A stretch of DNA of 64,000 bases from Clostridia bacterium (GCA_017524445.1 JAFXVP010000070.1:30760-94759); one strand, 5' to 3'; positions 37,861 to 48,438 are shown, counted from the first letter of the stretch. The notes: generated by a model from the sequence alone, not told the origin. Made by a program: numbers and translations.

Positions 37861-38774
37861 ACCAAACGGTTGTGGCGCTGGGCATGTTTGACGGCGTGCA
37901 TAAGGGACATCAGGCGCTTTTGCGGCGCGCGGCGGAGATCGCGCACGCAAACAGCGATATCGCGGTCGCGTTCACCTATGACAATCACCCAAGGGAACTG
38001 TTCTCCGGCGCGTTCTCGTACCTTTGCACGAAGGAGCAGCGTGACAGACTGATCCGCTCGGCGGGCTGCGACCGCATGGACAGCGTTCCGTTCGACGCGG
38101 CGTTTGCGGCGATGGAACCGGAGCAGTTCATGGATTGGCTTTCGGCGCGCTATGCGGGCGGGATCTCCGCGATCGTCGCAGGATACGATTACCGCTTCGG
38201 CGTAAAGGCAAAGGGCGATACAGCGCTTTTAGACACGCTCTGCGCGGCGAGGGGGATCGCGCTCAGCGTGATCGACGAGGTGAAGGTCGACGGTCAGACC
38301 TGTTCGTCCACGTGTATCCGCGAAGCGATCCGCGAGGGCGATATGGAACGCGCGGAACGGATGCTCGGTCGGTCCTATACGCTTTCGGGCGAGGTCGTGC
38401 ACGCAAAAGCGCTCGGACGGAAGTATCGCTGTCCGACGGCAAATCTCGACGCGGGAACGCTGCTTTTGCCGAGGGACGGCGTCTACGCGACGGAGCTCAC
38501 GTTCGAGGGGAATCGGTACGACGCAGTGACGAACGTCGGAACGAATCCCACGGTCGGCGGACGCGCGCGCACGGTGGAGACGCACGCGATCGGCGAATCG
38601 CTCGATCTGTACGGAAAACATGTCGAGGTCACGTTCTTTACGCGGCTTCGCGACGAGAAAAAGTTTGATTCGAAGGATCTGCTGTTTGCGCAGATCAAAA
38701 AGGACGCGGAAACGGCAAAAAAAGTTTGCGAAGAACGCAAAAAAAGTGTTTACAATTCGGAACCGTTGTGCTAA
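37857..38774 (+). CDS. ribF: Bifunctional riboflavin kinase / FMN adenylyltransferase
   Basis: ALGMFDGVHKGHQAL and a C-terminal riboflavin kinase domain (PTANL...DGVYA...VTNVGTNPT). Confidence 0.95.
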   Translation: MNQTVVALGMFDGVHKGHQALLRRAAEIAHANSDIAVAFTYDNHPRELFSGAFSYLCTKEQRDRLIRSAGCDRMDSVPFDAAFAAMEPEQFMDWLSARYAGGISAIVAGYDYRFGVKAKGDTALLDTLCAARGIALSVIDEVKVDGQTCSSTCIREAIREGDMERAERMLGRSYTLSGEVVHAKALGRKYRCPTANLDAGTLLLPRDGVYATELTFEGNRYDAVTNVGTNPTVGGRARTVETHAIGESLDLYGKHVEVTFFTRLRDEKKFDSKDLLFAQIKKDAETAKKVCEERKKSVYNSEPLC

Positions 38775-38867
38775 ACTGTCAAAGGTTAAACCGTAAGCTG
38801 GGTTGATGCGACTCTCCGACGCCATACGCAGTCTACGGGGATACGGAATAAAAGGAGGAAAAACAAA

Positions 38868-39122
38868 ATGACGAAACAGGAAATCATCGCAAAGTACGCG
38901 CTGCACGAGGGCGATACGGGTTCTCCCGAGGTTCAGATCGCGCTTCTCACCGAACGCATCAACCACCTCAACGAGCACCTCAAGGTCAACCAGAAAGACC
39001 ATCACTCCCGCCGCGGTCTTCTGAAGATGGTCGGTACCCGCAGGGGCCTGCTGAACTATCTGAAGGAAAAGGACATCGAGCGTTACAGAGCGATCGTCGC
39101 AGCATTGAACCTCAGAAAGTAA
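38868..39122 (+). CDS. rpsO: 30S ribosomal protein S15
   Basis: [50 protein letters not shown]. Confidence 0.98.
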   Translation: MTKQEIIAKYALHEGDTGSPEVQIALLTERINHLNEHLKVNQKDHHSRRGLLKMVGTRRGLLNYLKEKDIERYRAIVAALNLRK

Positions 39123-39128
39123 AAAGAA

Positions 39129-39158
39129 GGGCGGGGGTTACTCCCGCCTATCTTTTTT
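39129..39158 (+). terminator. rpsO terminator
   Basis: ggcggggg-tta-ctcccgcc followed by tctttttt. Confidence 0.8.
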
Positions 39159-39159
39159 C

Positions 39160-39181
39160 GGGACGTCGGGGTCGACGTCCC
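39160..39181. repeat. REP-like GACGTC-containing palindrome
   Basis: gggacgtcg-gggt-cgacgtccc with no T-run. It resembles the modules at 48595-48657. Confidence 0.6.
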
Positions 39182-39249
39182 CTGCATAGCCGCGGGTTCC
39201 GGCTTATAAAAGGCAATAATTAAATAAAAATAAAGAGGAAAAAAGAAAC

Positions 39250-41367
39250 ATGTTCAGAGTGTTCGAAACCATGGTAGGCGATCGCAAGCTGATCGTCGAA
39301 ACCGGAAAGTACGCCGAGCAAGCGGGCGGCAACTGCCTCGTGCGCTGCGGCGGAACGGCGGTCATGGTCAACGCAACGGTCGCAAAGGAACCGCGCGACG
39401 GCGTTGATTTTCTGCCGCTGTCCATTGAATTTGAAGAGAAGCTGTATGCAGTCGGCAAGATTCCCGGCGGCTTCATCAAGCGCGAAGGCCGCCCGACCGA
39501 AAAGGCGATCCTGACGAGCCGCCTGATCGACCGTCCGCTGCGTCCGTTGTTCCCGAAGGGATTCTACAACGACGTGCAGGTCATTGCCACCGTTCTGTCC
39601 GTGGAGCAGGACGTCCAGCCCGACGTGCTGGGCATGATCGGCTCCTCGATCGCGCTGTCCATCTCCAACGCCCCGTTCATGGGCCCGACGGGCTCCGTGG
39701 CGGTCGGCATGATCGACGGCGAGTACATCTTAAACCCCGACTGCGAGCAGCGTGAAAAGAGCCGTCTCCAGCTAACCGTTGCGGGTACCCGCGACGCGGT
39801 CATGATGGTCGAGGCAGGCGCAAACGAAGTCACCGAGGAGGAAATGCTCGGCGCGATCCTGTTTGCGCACGAAGAGATCAAGAAGATCGTCGACTTCATC
39901 GAGATGATCCAGAAGGAAGTCGGCAAGCCCAAGATGGAAGTCAACATCCACGTTCCGGACGAGGATCTCAATCGCCGCGTCCGCGAATACGCGATGGACA
40001 AGGTCGTCTGGCAGATGGACACCTTCGACCGCCACGAGCGCGAAATGCGCACCGAGCAGGTCAAGGAAGAGACCAAGGCTGCGTTTGCGGAGTCCGATCC
40101 CGGCATGGAGAAGGACGTCGACGCGATCCTGTACCAGATGCAAAAGGAAGTCATGCGCGACAAGATCATCAACAAGAAGATCCGTCCCGACGGACGCGCG
40201 CAGGACGAGATCCGTCCGATCTGGAGCGAAGTTCACATGCTCGAGCGTCCGCACGGCAGCGCGGTGTTCACCCGCGGCCAGACGCAGGTCATGACGATCG
40301 CGACCCTCGGCACCATCGCCGAAGCGCAGATCCTCGACGGGCTCACCCTCGAAGATTCCAAGCGCTACATGCATCAGTACAACATGCCGCCGTATTCGAC
40401 CGGTGAAACGCGCCCCGTGCGCAGCCCCGGCCGCCGCGAGATCGGTCACGGCGCGCTCGCAGAGCGCGCGCTGCTGCCGGTGCTCCCCTCTGAAGAGGAG
40501 TTCCCGTACTGCATGCGTCTCGTCTCCGAAGTCATCAGCTCGAACGGCTCCACGTCGCAGGCTTCGATCTGCGCGAGTACGCTGGCGCTGATGGACGCGG
40601 GCGTTCCGATCAGAAAGCCCGTCGCGGGCGTTGCGATGGGTCTCATCAAGGACGTTGATTCCGGCAACATCGCGATCCTCACCGACATCCAGGGCCTCGA
40701 GGACTTCCTCGGCGACATGGACTTCAAGGTGGCGGGCACGCGCGACGGCATCACCGCGATCCAGATGGATATCAAGATCAAGGGCATCGACCGCGAGATT
40801 TTGACCCGTGCGCTCGAACAGGCGCGCAAGGGCCGTCTGTTCATCCTCGACAAGATGGCGGAGACGATCGCAGAGCCGCGCGCAGAGCTTTCGCCCTATG
40901 CGCCGCGCATCCTCTCCTTCAAGATCAATCCGGACAAGATCCGCGACGTCATCGGCAGCGGCGGCAAGACCATCAACGGCATCATCGCGAAGACAGGCGT
41001 CAAGATCGACATCGAGGACGACGGCAGCGTCTTCATCGCGTCGCCCGACCAGGCAGCTGTAGAGGAAGCGAAGCGCATTATCGACGGCATCGTCGAGGAC
41101 ATTGAAGTCGGCAAGGTCTACCTCGGCACGGTCGTAGGCATCAAGGAGTTCGGCGCGTTCGTGAACCTGAAGCCCGGCACCGACGGACTTCTGCACATCT
41201 CCCGCATCGCGAGAGAGCGTGTCGCGAAGGTCGAGGACGTTCTGAACCTTGGCGATCAGGTGCTTGTGCGCGTCATCGAGATCGACCCGAAGACGGGCAA
41301 GATCAGTCTGACCCGCAAGGATCTGCTCCCCGATCCGAAGAAAGACGCGGATAAGGGAGAGAACTGA
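39250..41367 (+). CDS. pnp: Polyribonucleotide nucleotidyltransferase (PNPase)
   Basis: Two RNase PH domains followed by KH and S1 domains; 705 aa; position after rpsO. Confidence 0.98.
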   Translation: MFRVFETMVGDRKLIVETGKYAEQAGGNCLVRCGGTAVMVNATVAKEPRDGVDFLPLSIEFEEKLYAVGKIPGGFIKREGRPTEKAILTSRLIDRPLRPLFPKGFYNDVQVIATVLSVEQDVQPDVLGMIGSSIALSISNAPFMGPTGSVAVGMIDGEYILNPDCEQREKSRLQLTVAGTRDAVMMVEAGANEVTEEEMLGAILFAHEEIKKIVDFIEMIQKEVGKPKMEVNIHVPDEDLNRRVREYAMDKVVWQMDTFDRHEREMRTEQVKEETKAAFAESDPGMEKDVDAILYQMQKEVMRDKIINKKIRPDGRAQDEIRPIWSEVHMLERPHGSAVFTRGQTQVMTIATLGTIAEAQILDGLTLEDSKRYMHQYNMPPYSTGETRPVRSPGRREIGHGALAERALLPVLPSEEEFPYCMRLVSEVISSNGSTSQASICASTLALMDAGVPIRKPVAGVAMGLIKDVDSGNIAILTDIQGLEDFLGDMDFKVAGTRDGITAIQMDIKIKGIDREILTRALEQARKGRLFILDKMAETIAEPRAELSPYAPRILSFKINPDKIRDVIGSGGKTINGIIAKTGVKIDIEDDGSVFIASPDQAAVEEAKRIIDGIVEDIEVGKVYLGTVVGIKEFGAFVNLKPGTDGLLHISRIARERVAKVEDVLNLGDQVLVRVIEIDPKTGKISLTRKDLLPDPKKDADKGEN

Positions 41368-41381
41368 CGAGCAGAATAAAG

Positions 41382-41410
41382 AGGGGCAGCGGACAGTCTG
41401 CCCTTCTTTT
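41382..41410 (+). terminator. pnp terminator
   Basis: aggggcag-cggacagt-ctgccctt followed by a T-rich tail. Confidence 0.7.
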
Positions 41411-41428
41411 GCATCGGAGGTACGCAGT

Positions 41429-42718
41429 ATGATCGAACAGATTCGGCTGAATAACGGCATTCGCGTCTGCATGGAGCACATGGACTCCGTGCGCTCGGTG
41501 GCGCTCGGCGTTTGGGTCAACGCGGGTTCTGTCTTTGAAACGGAGGCCGACGCGGGCGTTTCGCATTTTATCGAGCACATGCTCTTCAAGGGCACGGAAA
41601 CGCGCAGCGCATCGGATATCGCGGCGGAGACGGACGCCATCGGCGCGAACCTGAACGCGTTCACAGCGAAGGAATGCACCTGCTTCCACATCAAGGCGCT
41701 CGACGAGGACCTTGCGCTTGCGGTCGAAATGCTGTCGGACATCCTGCTCCACAGCACGCTCGAGCCCGAGCAGATGGATCGCGAACGCGGCGTCGTGCTC
41801 GAGGAGATCGCCATGACCGAGGACAGTCCGGAGGACATCGTGTTCGACCGCGCGTGCGAACAGCTTTTCAAAGGCACGTCGATCGAATCCGAGATCCTCG
41901 GCACGGAAGAGACCGTCGGGGCGATGCGGCGCGAGGACCTCGTGCGATACATGCAGCGGCATTATACGGCGGAAAACACGGTGATCGCCGTCGCGGGCAG
42001 CTTCGAGCGCGAAACGCTTCTGACGCTTCTCGAACGGTATTTTGCCGATGCACCGCACGGCGAACGCCATGACGCACCGACCGTTTCGATCCGTACGGGA
42101 TTCCGCACGGCGCTTGTCAAAAAGGACGTCGAGCAGATCAACCTCTGCCTTGCGCTGCCGGGCGCGGCGCTCGGGACGGACGAATACTACGTGCAGGCGG
42201 TGCTGTCGAACGCTTTGGGCGGCAGCATGAGCTCGCGGCTCTTTCAGCACATCCGCGAGGAGCGCGGGCTTGCGTACTCGGTCTATTCCTATCCGATGGC
42301 GTACCGCGGCGCGGGAAGCCTCTGCTTTTACGCGGGCTGTACGGAGGGGCAGGCGGGCGAGGTGCTTTCGCTGATGCTCAAAGAACTCGACGACGTGAAG
42401 CGGGACGGCATTTCGGAGGACGAATTCATCCGCGCAAGACAGCAGCTCAAAGGCAGCTATCTCCTCGGCATGGAGTCCACGATGGCGCACATGAGCGCGC
42501 TCGGCAAAACGGCGCTGCTTTTGAATAAGGAATACGATCTGGACGGCACCTTGCGCTGCATCGAGCGCGTGACCCCGGAAGCGGTGCAAAAAGCCGCGGA
42601 AATGCTCTTTTCGCCGGAAGCCGCCGCGTTCTGCGCGGTCGGACGGCTGAACGGTGTCGGCGATATGCTGAAACAAATGACGGAGGACTGGTGGAAACGG
42701 AATGGACGACAGGCTTGA
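41429..42718 (+). CDS. M16-family zinc peptidase (insulinase-like, MlpA/YmxG-type)
   Basis: HFIEHMLFKGT (HxxEH) motif, 429 aa, conserved position after pnp. Confidence 0.9.
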   Translation: MIEQIRLNNGIRVCMEHMDSVRSVALGVWVNAGSVFETEADAGVSHFIEHMLFKGTETRSASDIAAETDAIGANLNAFTAKECTCFHIKALDEDLALAVEMLSDILLHSTLEPEQMDRERGVVLEEIAMTEDSPEDIVFDRACEQLFKGTSIESEILGTEETVGAMRREDLVRYMQRHYTAENTVIAVAGSFERETLLTLLERYFADAPHGERHDAPTVSIRTGFRTALVKKDVEQINLCLALPGAALGTDEYYVQAVLSNALGGSMSSRLFQHIREERGLAYSVYSYPMAYRGAGSLCFYAGCTEGQAGEVLSLMLKELDDVKRDGISEDEFIRARQQLKGSYLLGMESTMAHMSALGKTALLLNKEYDLDGTLRCIERVTPEAVQKAAEMLFSPEAAAFCAVGRLNGVGDMLKQMTEDWWKRNGRQA

Positions 42719-43088
42719 AGTGATCTTCCGGCTCCAAAAGGCGCTGGATGAGGATATTATGGAACGGCGGGAGCTCGATTTCCCGTACGAGGTGTGGATG
42801 CAGAAGGATATCCTCGCCTGCATGGACGAGCTGACCGAGCTTTTGAACGAGCTGAACTGGAAGTGGTGGAAGAATCCGAAGACGCTGGATCCCGACGCGA
42901 TCAAAGGCGAGCTCGTCGACGTGCTGCACTTTTTCGTGAGCATGTGCATCCGCAGCGGCATGTCCGCCGAGGATCTGTTCAGTGGCTATATCGCCAAAAA
43001 CAAGGAGAATTTCGACCGTCAGTACGGGCGATCCCAAAAGACGGGTTATGAGGTAACGACGAATGGAAAGGGGCTTTCGGGCAACTAA
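42702..43088 (+). CDS. Dimeric (all-alpha) dUTPase-like nucleotide pyrophosphohydrolase
   Basis: Pattern ...W.QKDILACMDELTELLNE..WKWWK......D....ELVDVLHFF.S, typical of the dUTPase_2/YncF family; 128 aa. Confidence 0.7.
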   Translation: MDDRLEVIFRLQKALDEDIMERRELDFPYEVWMQKDILACMDELTELLNELNWKWWKNPKTLDPDAIKGELVDVLHFFVSMCIRSGMSAEDLFSGYIAKNKENFDRQYGRSQKTGYEVTTNGKGLSGN

Positions 43089-44292
43089 GCGGTTCTATTT
43101 TCTGCTCTTTGCCAGCGCGGTGCTGCTGGTTGTCTTTGTCGTCGGCGCGATCTGGCTGATGAAAAAGGTGACGGGCAACGTAAGAAAGCTTGAGCAGATG
43201 ACGCTGTATACCGAAGTGGAAAGCGAAGCGGTCGTGGTGCGCAGCGAACGTCTGTTTACCGAGTCCGCGAGCGAGAGCCATATCCTGCTCGAGGAAGGCG
43301 CGATGGTTTCCGAGGGCGATGCGATCGCCGTGCTGTTTCCGTATTCCTACGAAAGCCAGATCTCCGCGATCTGCACGAAGGAAGCGGCGCTGTATACGCT
43401 CTTACAGTCGCTGCTTCGGACCGATACGGGCGGTACGCTGCCCGACGAGGTCGTCGGATACAACCGCCAGATCAGCGAGGTTTCGAAGCAGATGCGCGCC
43501 GCGTCGAACCGGGAACGTGATCCGGTGGAATATCTGAAACTCGAATCGCGGCTCATCAAGCTTCAGGAGGCGCGCCGCGACGTTATGGTGCAGAGCCTTT
43601 CGAAAGTGCCCGAGCAGATCACCGATGCGGTGAATGAGATCGACGCGATGAGAAAAAACTTCGAGACCGAAAACGCGCGCACGATCACGTCTGAGTTCAA
43701 CGGCTATATCAGCTTTTATTCGGACATGAACGAGGAGAATCTCCGCGACGTATCGCAGCTCACGGTGCCGCTGATCAAGCGTATCTTAAACGCGCCGTCG
43801 ATCAGTATGGATAACGAAAACTTCAGCTACCGCATCGTAACGGATCGCACGAAGTTTTATCTCGCGTTCGTCACGAGCGCGAAGAGCTCGGACCGACTGA
43901 TGCCGGGGCTGACGTATTCGATGACCGTCAAGGGCGTCAAGGGCGCGTATCAGGGCAGGATCGTGACGGAGCGCGACACCGAGGCCGGCGTTCTGTACGT
44001 CATGGAAGTCGACGCCGACGTACGGCCGCTGCTCACCACGCGCGTCGTCGAGATCTCAGTGCAGAACAACGCGACGGGACTTTACGTGCCGGTCGATTAC
44101 ATTCAGTACACGGACGGCGTTCCGTACATCTATGCGAAATCCACGGACGGCACCTATCAGAAGGTCGCGGTCTATATCGCGGGAAGCGACGGCGAGAACG
44201 CGATCGTTTCCGCGCGCGACAGCCACATCACGCTGTTTGCGGGGCTCAAGGTGCGTATGCCGATCGAGGAGGAGGGCGAGAACAAGTCATGA
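43063..44292 (+). CDS. Membrane-anchored protein, possibly HlyD/barrel-sandwich-like; function unknown
   Basis: N-terminal TM (FYFLLFASAVLLVVFVVGAIWL), a coiled-coil-like middle and a beta-rich C-terminus. Assignment rests on general resemblance only. Confidence 0.4.
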   Translation: MERGFRATKRFYFLLFASAVLLVVFVVGAIWLMKKVTGNVRKLEQMTLYTEVESEAVVVRSERLFTESASESHILLEEGAMVSEGDAIAVLFPYSYESQISAICTKEAALYTLLQSLLRTDTGGTLPDEVVGYNRQISEVSKQMRAASNRERDPVEYLKLESRLIKLQEARRDVMVQSLSKVPEQITDAVNEIDAMRKNFETENARTITSEFNGYISFYSDMNEENLRDVSQLTVPLIKRILNAPSISMDNENFSYRIVTDRTKFYLAFVTSAKSSDRLMPGLTYSMTVKGVKGAYQGRIVTERDTEAGVLYVMEVDADVRPLLTTRVVEISVQNNATGLYVPVDYIQYTDGVPYIYAKSTDGTYQKVAVYIAGSDGENAIVSARDSHITLFAGLKVRMPIEEEGENKS

Positions 44293-44996
44293 CGATCCGG
44301 GAGAATCTGGAATCGGTACGGGAGAGGATGGCACTCGCGTGCCAAAGAAGCGGCAGAAAGGAATCGGACGTAACGCTGATCGCGGTCACGAAGTTCGTTG
44401 AGATCGCCCGCATTCAAGAGGCGGTCGACGCCGGCGTGACCGAAATCGGGGAAAATCGCGCGCAGGAGTTCACCGAAAAGTTAAATTTTTATAAACAGAA
44501 TCATTTAAGGGCGCATTTCATTGGACAACTGCAAACGAACAAGGTAAAATATGTATGCGGAAAAGCGGACCTGATCCAATCGGTGGATCGGGAACCGCTG
44601 CTTGACGCGATCCATGCATATGCCGAACGAAACGGCGTCACGCAGGATATTTTGATCGAGGTCAACATCGGACGCGAAGCACAGAAGGGCGGCATTGCGC
44701 CGGAAGCGCTTTTTGCGCTTTTAGACCGCATCGCGGGACTGAACAGCGTGCGGCTTCGCGGATTGATGTGCGTACCGCCTGCGATCGAAAAGGAAGCGGT
44801 GCGTCCGTACTTCCGGGAAATGCGCACACTGTACGAACGCGTGCAGCGCATGTATCCGGAGTGCATGATCGACACGCTGTCGATGGGCATGAGCCACGAT
44901 TTTGACACGGCGATCGAGGAAGGCGCAACGACCGTGCGCGTCGGGACAGCGATCTTCGGACCGCGAACAATTATGGGAGGAAATCAGAATGGGTAA
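44289..44996 (+). CDS. yggS: YggS/YlmE family pyridoxal-phosphate homeostasis protein
   Basis: LIAVTKF (PLP lysine)...IGENRAQE...HFIGQLQTNK...SMGMSHDF...TTVRVGTAIFG. Confidence 0.93.
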   Translation: MTIRENLESVRERMALACQRSGRKESDVTLIAVTKFVEIARIQEAVDAGVTEIGENRAQEFTEKLNFYKQNHLRAHFIGQLQTNKVKYVCGKADLIQSVDREPLLDAIHAYAERNGVTQDILIEVNIGREAQKGGIAPEALFALLDRIAGLNSVRLRGLMCVPPAIEKEAVRPYFREMRTLYERVQRMYPECMIDTLSMGMSHDFDTAIEEGATTVRVGTAIFGPRTIMGGNQNG

Positions 44997-45417
44997 GTTT
45001 TTGAATTTCATCGGACTCGAAGAATCGGAAGAGGACGAAGGCGTTCTCGGCGAACAGGCTGAACAGCCCGCAAGACGTGAGCCGCGTTCGAGACGGCGTG
45101 AAAACGCGCTGGTCGGCGGCGGCGAGGCGCAGCCGATCCCGCAGAGTATGGCGTCGATGAAGATGATCGTGTATCATCCGGTTTGCTATGACGACGCGCA
45201 GACGATCGTCGACAATCTCAAGAATCGCCGTCCGGTCATCGTCAACATGGAAGAGCTTGATGGGAACACGGCGCAGCGCGTGCTGGACTTTTTGCTCGGC
45301 GCGATCTATGCGACGAACGGCACGGCGAACAAGGTCTCGAGAGGGATCTTCCTGTTCGCGCCGCATGACGTCGCGGTCGAGGACACCGTTGAGGATACCG
45401 GCTTCTCCGATATGTAA
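44989..45417 (+). CDS. sepF: Cell division protein SepF
   Basis: MKMIVYHPVCYDDAQTIVDNLKNRRPVIVNMEELD...AQRVLDFLLGAIYA. Confidence 0.92.
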   Translation: MGKFLNFIGLEESEEDEGVLGEQAEQPARREPRSRRRENALVGGGEAQPIPQSMASMKMIVYHPVCYDDAQTIVDNLKNRRPVIVNMEELDGNTAQRVLDFLLGAIYATNGTANKVSRGIFLFAPHDVAVEDTVEDTGFSDM

Positions 45418-45423
45418 TCGTTC

Positions 45424-45702
45424 ATGATCAAGGCGGAGAACATCGTCAATAAGGAGTTTCGCAAAGCGCTGTTCGGGTACGACCGCGAGGACGTGGACAA
45501 GTACCTGGACGAGTTGATCGCGCAGCTTCTTGAGATGGAAAAGGAACGAAAGGAGATGGCGTCGACCATCGAATACCTCGTTTCCGAACTGACCGCGCAG
45601 GGCGAAAGCAAGCCCGACGAGCGCGTGGTCGGTCCCGTATCTCCGCATGCCACGGTCAGCGAGGAGGAGCGCAGACGCGCGCAGGAGAACATCGAACCGT
45701 GA
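45424..45702 (+). CDS. DivIVA-domain protein (short)
   Basis: [24 protein letters not shown]-terminal DivIVA motif. Confidence 0.85.
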   Translation: MIKAENIVNKEFRKALFGYDREDVDKYLDELIAQLLEMEKERKEMASTIEYLVSELTAQGESKPDERVVGPVSPHATVSEEERRRAQENIEP

Positions 45703-47609
45703 ACCGAACGCCCCTGAATACCATACCGCCCATATCGGCGGAAGAAATGAAAGCCCGCGGAATCGCCGGGCTTGATTTTGTTTATGTCAGCGGCGACGCG
45801 TACATCGACCATCCGAGCTTCGGCACGGCGATCATCGCGCGGGTTTTGCAGAGTCACGGGTATTCGGTGGGGATTCTTGCGCAGCCGGACTGGCACGACG
45901 TCGAGGCGTTCCGGAGCATGGGCAAGCCGCGCCTTGCGTTTCTGGTCTCCGCGGGCAATCTCGATTCGATGGTCGATCACTATACCGCCGCCAAAAGGCG
46001 CAGAAGCGACGACGCGTATACGCCGGGCGGCAAGGCGGGCAAGCGCCCAGACCGCGCCGTGATCGTGTACGCAAACCGCTGCCGCGAGGCGTTCCCGCAC
46101 GTGCCGGTGCTGATCGGCGGCATCGAGGCGAGCTTGCGCCGCTTTGCGCATTACGATTACTGGGACGACCGCGTGCGGCATTCGATCCTGTACGACGCGG
46201 GTGCGGATCTTCTGATGTACGGCATGGGCGAGCGCAGCGTCGTTGCGATCGCCGACGCGCTGAACGCCGGAACTCCCGTGCACGAGATCCGCGATATTCC
46301 CGGAACGTGCTTTCGGGTCAACGACCCGGGCGAGGTTTCCGACGCTGTCATGCTGCCGTCGTACGGCGAGGTCGCGGGGGATAAGCGAAAGTACGCAGAA
46401 GCATTCAAAACGCAGTTTGAGGAGCAGGACGCGATCAGAGGAAAACGGCTCATCCAGCCGCACGAAAAGGGGTATCTCGTACAGAACCCGCCGCAGCCGC
46501 CGCTCAGTACGGAGGAGATGGACGCGGTGTACGCGCTGCCGTTTACGCGCCGTCCGCATCCGAGCTACCGTGAGCCGATCCCCGCAATCGACGAGGTGAA
46601 GTTTTCGATCACGTCCTGCCGCGGATGCTTCGGCGGGTGCAATTTCTGCGCGCTGACGTTCCATCAGGGCCGCGTGATCTCGGCGCGAAGCCACGAATCC
46701 ATTCTAAAAGAAGCGCGCGAGATGACGAAGGATCCCGATTTCAAGGGCTTTATCCACGACGTCGGCGGTCCGACCGCGAACTTCCGCAAGCCTGCGTGCA
46801 AAAAACAGCTGAAAAGCGGCGTGTGTAAAAACCGCTCGTGCATCGGGTACGAGCGCTGTCAGAATCTCGAGGTCAGCCACGAGGACTACGTCGCGCTGCT
46901 CAAAAAACTGCGCGCCATGCCGGGCGTCAAGAAGGTGTTCATCCGAAGCGGCGTGCGTTTCGATTATCTGCTCTATGACAAGAGCGACGCGTTCTTGCGC
47001 GAGCTTTGCGAGCATCACATCTCCGGACAGCTGAAGGTTGCGCCGGAGCATATCGCGGACCGCACGCTCTATTACATGAACAAGACGCCGCACGCGCTGT
47101 ATGAGGAGTTTATCAAGCGTTACGAGCGCATGAACGCGCGGCTCGGCAAAAAACAGTTCGTCGTGCCGTACCTGATGAGCTCGCATCCGGGCTGCACGCT
47201 CCATGACGCGATCGAGCTTGCGCTGTATCTCAAAAAGATCGGGCACCGTCCCGAACAGGTGCAGGATTTTTACCCGACGCCGGGCACAGTCTCGACCTGC
47301 ATGTATCATACGGGACTGGACCCGCGCACGATGCAGCCCGTGTACGTGCCGAAAAAGCCCGAGGAGAAGGCGATGCAGCGCGCTCTGATGCAGTTTTTTC
47401 TGCCCGCGAACTTCAACACAGTGCGAAAAGCGCTGCGGCAGGCGAACCGCGAGGACCTGATCGGCACGGGCAAAAACGCGCTTGTTCCGCCGGAACGGAC
47501 GAAGGAACCGATGGGTCGCGGCGGAAATCCGCAAAAGAGAAGCGAAATCCCGCCAAAAAAGGGAAAACAGGCAAAGAAATCTGTTGACAAACGGCGCCGG
47601 AATGGTTAA
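45699..47609 (+). CDS. YgiQ-family (UPF0313) radical SAM protein
   Basis: [22 protein letters not shown]-terminus, [11 protein letters not shown] radical-SAM cluster motif, basic C-terminal tail, GTG start. Confidence 0.9.
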   Translation: MNRTPLNTIPPISAEEMKARGIAGLDFVYVSGDAYIDHPSFGTAIIARVLQSHGYSVGILAQPDWHDVEAFRSMGKPRLAFLVSAGNLDSMVDHYTAAKRRRSDDAYTPGGKAGKRPDRAVIVYANRCREAFPHVPVLIGGIEASLRRFAHYDYWDDRVRHSILYDAGADLLMYGMGERSVVAIADALNAGTPVHEIRDIPGTCFRVNDPGEVSDAVMLPSYGEVAGDKRKYAEAFKTQFEEQDAIRGKRLIQPHEKGYLVQNPPQPPLSTEEMDAVYALPFTRRPHPSYREPIPAIDEVKFSITSCRGCFGGCNFCALTFHQGRVISARSHESILKEAREMTKDPDFKGFIHDVGGPTANFRKPACKKQLKSGVCKNRSCIGYERCQNLEVSHEDYVALLKKLRAMPGVKKVFIRSGVRFDYLLYDKSDAFLRELCEHHISGQLKVAPEHIADRTLYYMNKTPHALYEEFIKRYERMNARLGKKQFVVPYLMSSHPGCTLHDAIELALYLKKIGHRPEQVQDFYPTPGTVSTCMYHTGLDPRTMQPVYVPKKPEEKAMQRALMQFFLPANFNTVRKALRQANREDLIGTGKNALVPPERTKEPMGRGGNPQKRSEIPPKKGKQAKKSVDKRRRNG

Positions 47610-47639
47610 AATAGCTGTTGGTTCATTTTGAGGTTGCGT

Positions 47640-48152
47640 ATGATTGTATCGGTGAATGAAGCGTTGCGAAGGGTCGGCGAGCCGTTCCCGTTCGCGTGGG
47701 AAGGCGAGCTTGCGCCTGAGACTTATGCGGGGGATCCCGTGAAATTTACAGGTCAGGCAAAGCTTTCCGGAACGTATGTCTATGACGGAAAGACCTTCCG
47801 TGTGGACGCGGACGCCGAGGCGTCGTACGAAACGACCTGCGCGCGCTGCGGGGCGCCGATGGTTGAGACGCTTTCGTTCTCATTTACGGAGTATTTCGTG
47901 CGTTCGGTCTACAAGACGCCGGACGACGAGCTCTATCCGTACGAGGGCGAAAAGCTCGATCTCCATGAAGCGTTTTTCGACAATCTCTTTTTGGAGATGC
48001 CGATGACGACGGTGTGCAGCGAGTCCTGCAAAGGACTTTGCCCGATCTGCGGCGCGAACCTGAACCAAGGACAGTGCGGCTGTCAAAATCAAAAAGTCGA
48101 CGCGCGTCTGGTCGCGCTCGAATCATTATTGAACGATCATAAGGAGGTGTAA
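47640..48152 (+). CDS. yceD: YceD/DUF177 family ribosome-associated protein
   Basis: C-terminal CxxxCxGLCPxCGxNLN motif (CSESCKGLCPICGANLN), position directly upstream of rpmF, GAGG RBS. Confidence 0.9.
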   Translation: MIVSVNEALRRVGEPFPFAWEGELAPETYAGDPVKFTGQAKLSGTYVYDGKTFRVDADAEASYETTCARCGAPMVETLSFSFTEYFVRSVYKTPDDELYPYEGEKLDLHEAFFDNLFLEMPMTTVCSESCKGLCPICGANLNQGQCGCQNQKVDARLVALESLLNDHKEV

Positions 48153-48154
48153 TC

Positions 48155-48295
48155 ATGGCAGTACCCAAGAGAAAAACGTCGAAGGCGAGAAGAGATTCGC
48201 GCAGAGCGAACAATTCCAAGGCGATCGCGCCCAACCTCGTCGAGTGCCCGAAGTGCCACGAGCTGAAAGCGCAGCACACGGTCTGCAAGAACTGA
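48155..48295 (+). CDS. rpmF: 50S ribosomal protein L32 as read under the standard code; it ends at an unexpected in-frame TGA, and the conserved L32 C-terminus continues in frame to TAA at 48341-48343 across a second TGA
   Basis: MAVPKRKTSKARRDSRRANNSKAIAPNLVECPKCHELKAQHTVCKN-TGA-GYYDG-TGA-EVINMEDEK-TAA. AGGAGG RBS at 48142-48147. Confidence 0.9.
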   Translation: MAVPKRKTSKARRDSRRANNSKAIAPNLVECPKCHELKAQHTVCKN

Positions 48296-48409
48296 GGCTA
48301 TTATGATGGCTGAGAAGTCATCAACATGGAAGACGAAAAGTAATTACCATGATTGCCCGTTCGGAAAGGACCGGATCGGAGCTTCCCGAGCGGGAGCACC
48401 ACAAAGTTT

Positions 48410-48438
48410 GAGGGCGTTGGGATCATCCCGACGCCCTC
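48410..48438 (+). terminator. Strong 13-bp hairpin, probable rpmF terminator / REP-like unit
   Basis: gagggcgttggga-tca-tcccgacgccctc followed by a T-rich stretch gtgatatattctgttt. Confidence 0.6.

Noticed and set aside
48293-48313. Genome-wide TGA reassignment (to Trp, Gly or Cys) as the explanation for the rpmF in-frame TGAs
   Set aside because: Many well-defined genes in the window end on TGA at the expected protein C-terminus. Examples are the FtsX permease at 2121 followed by a terminator, plus surE, cmk and plsC. TGA therefore functions as a stop here.
48293-48330. Selenocysteine insertion (SECIS) at the first rpmF TGA
   Set aside because: The position, a Cys of a CxxC motif, is suggestive. 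However, only a weak 6-bp hairpin follows, and it does not resemble a bacterial SECIS as far as I can tell. The second TGA replaces Lys/Arg rather than Cys. I kept this only as a possibility inside the rpmF finding.
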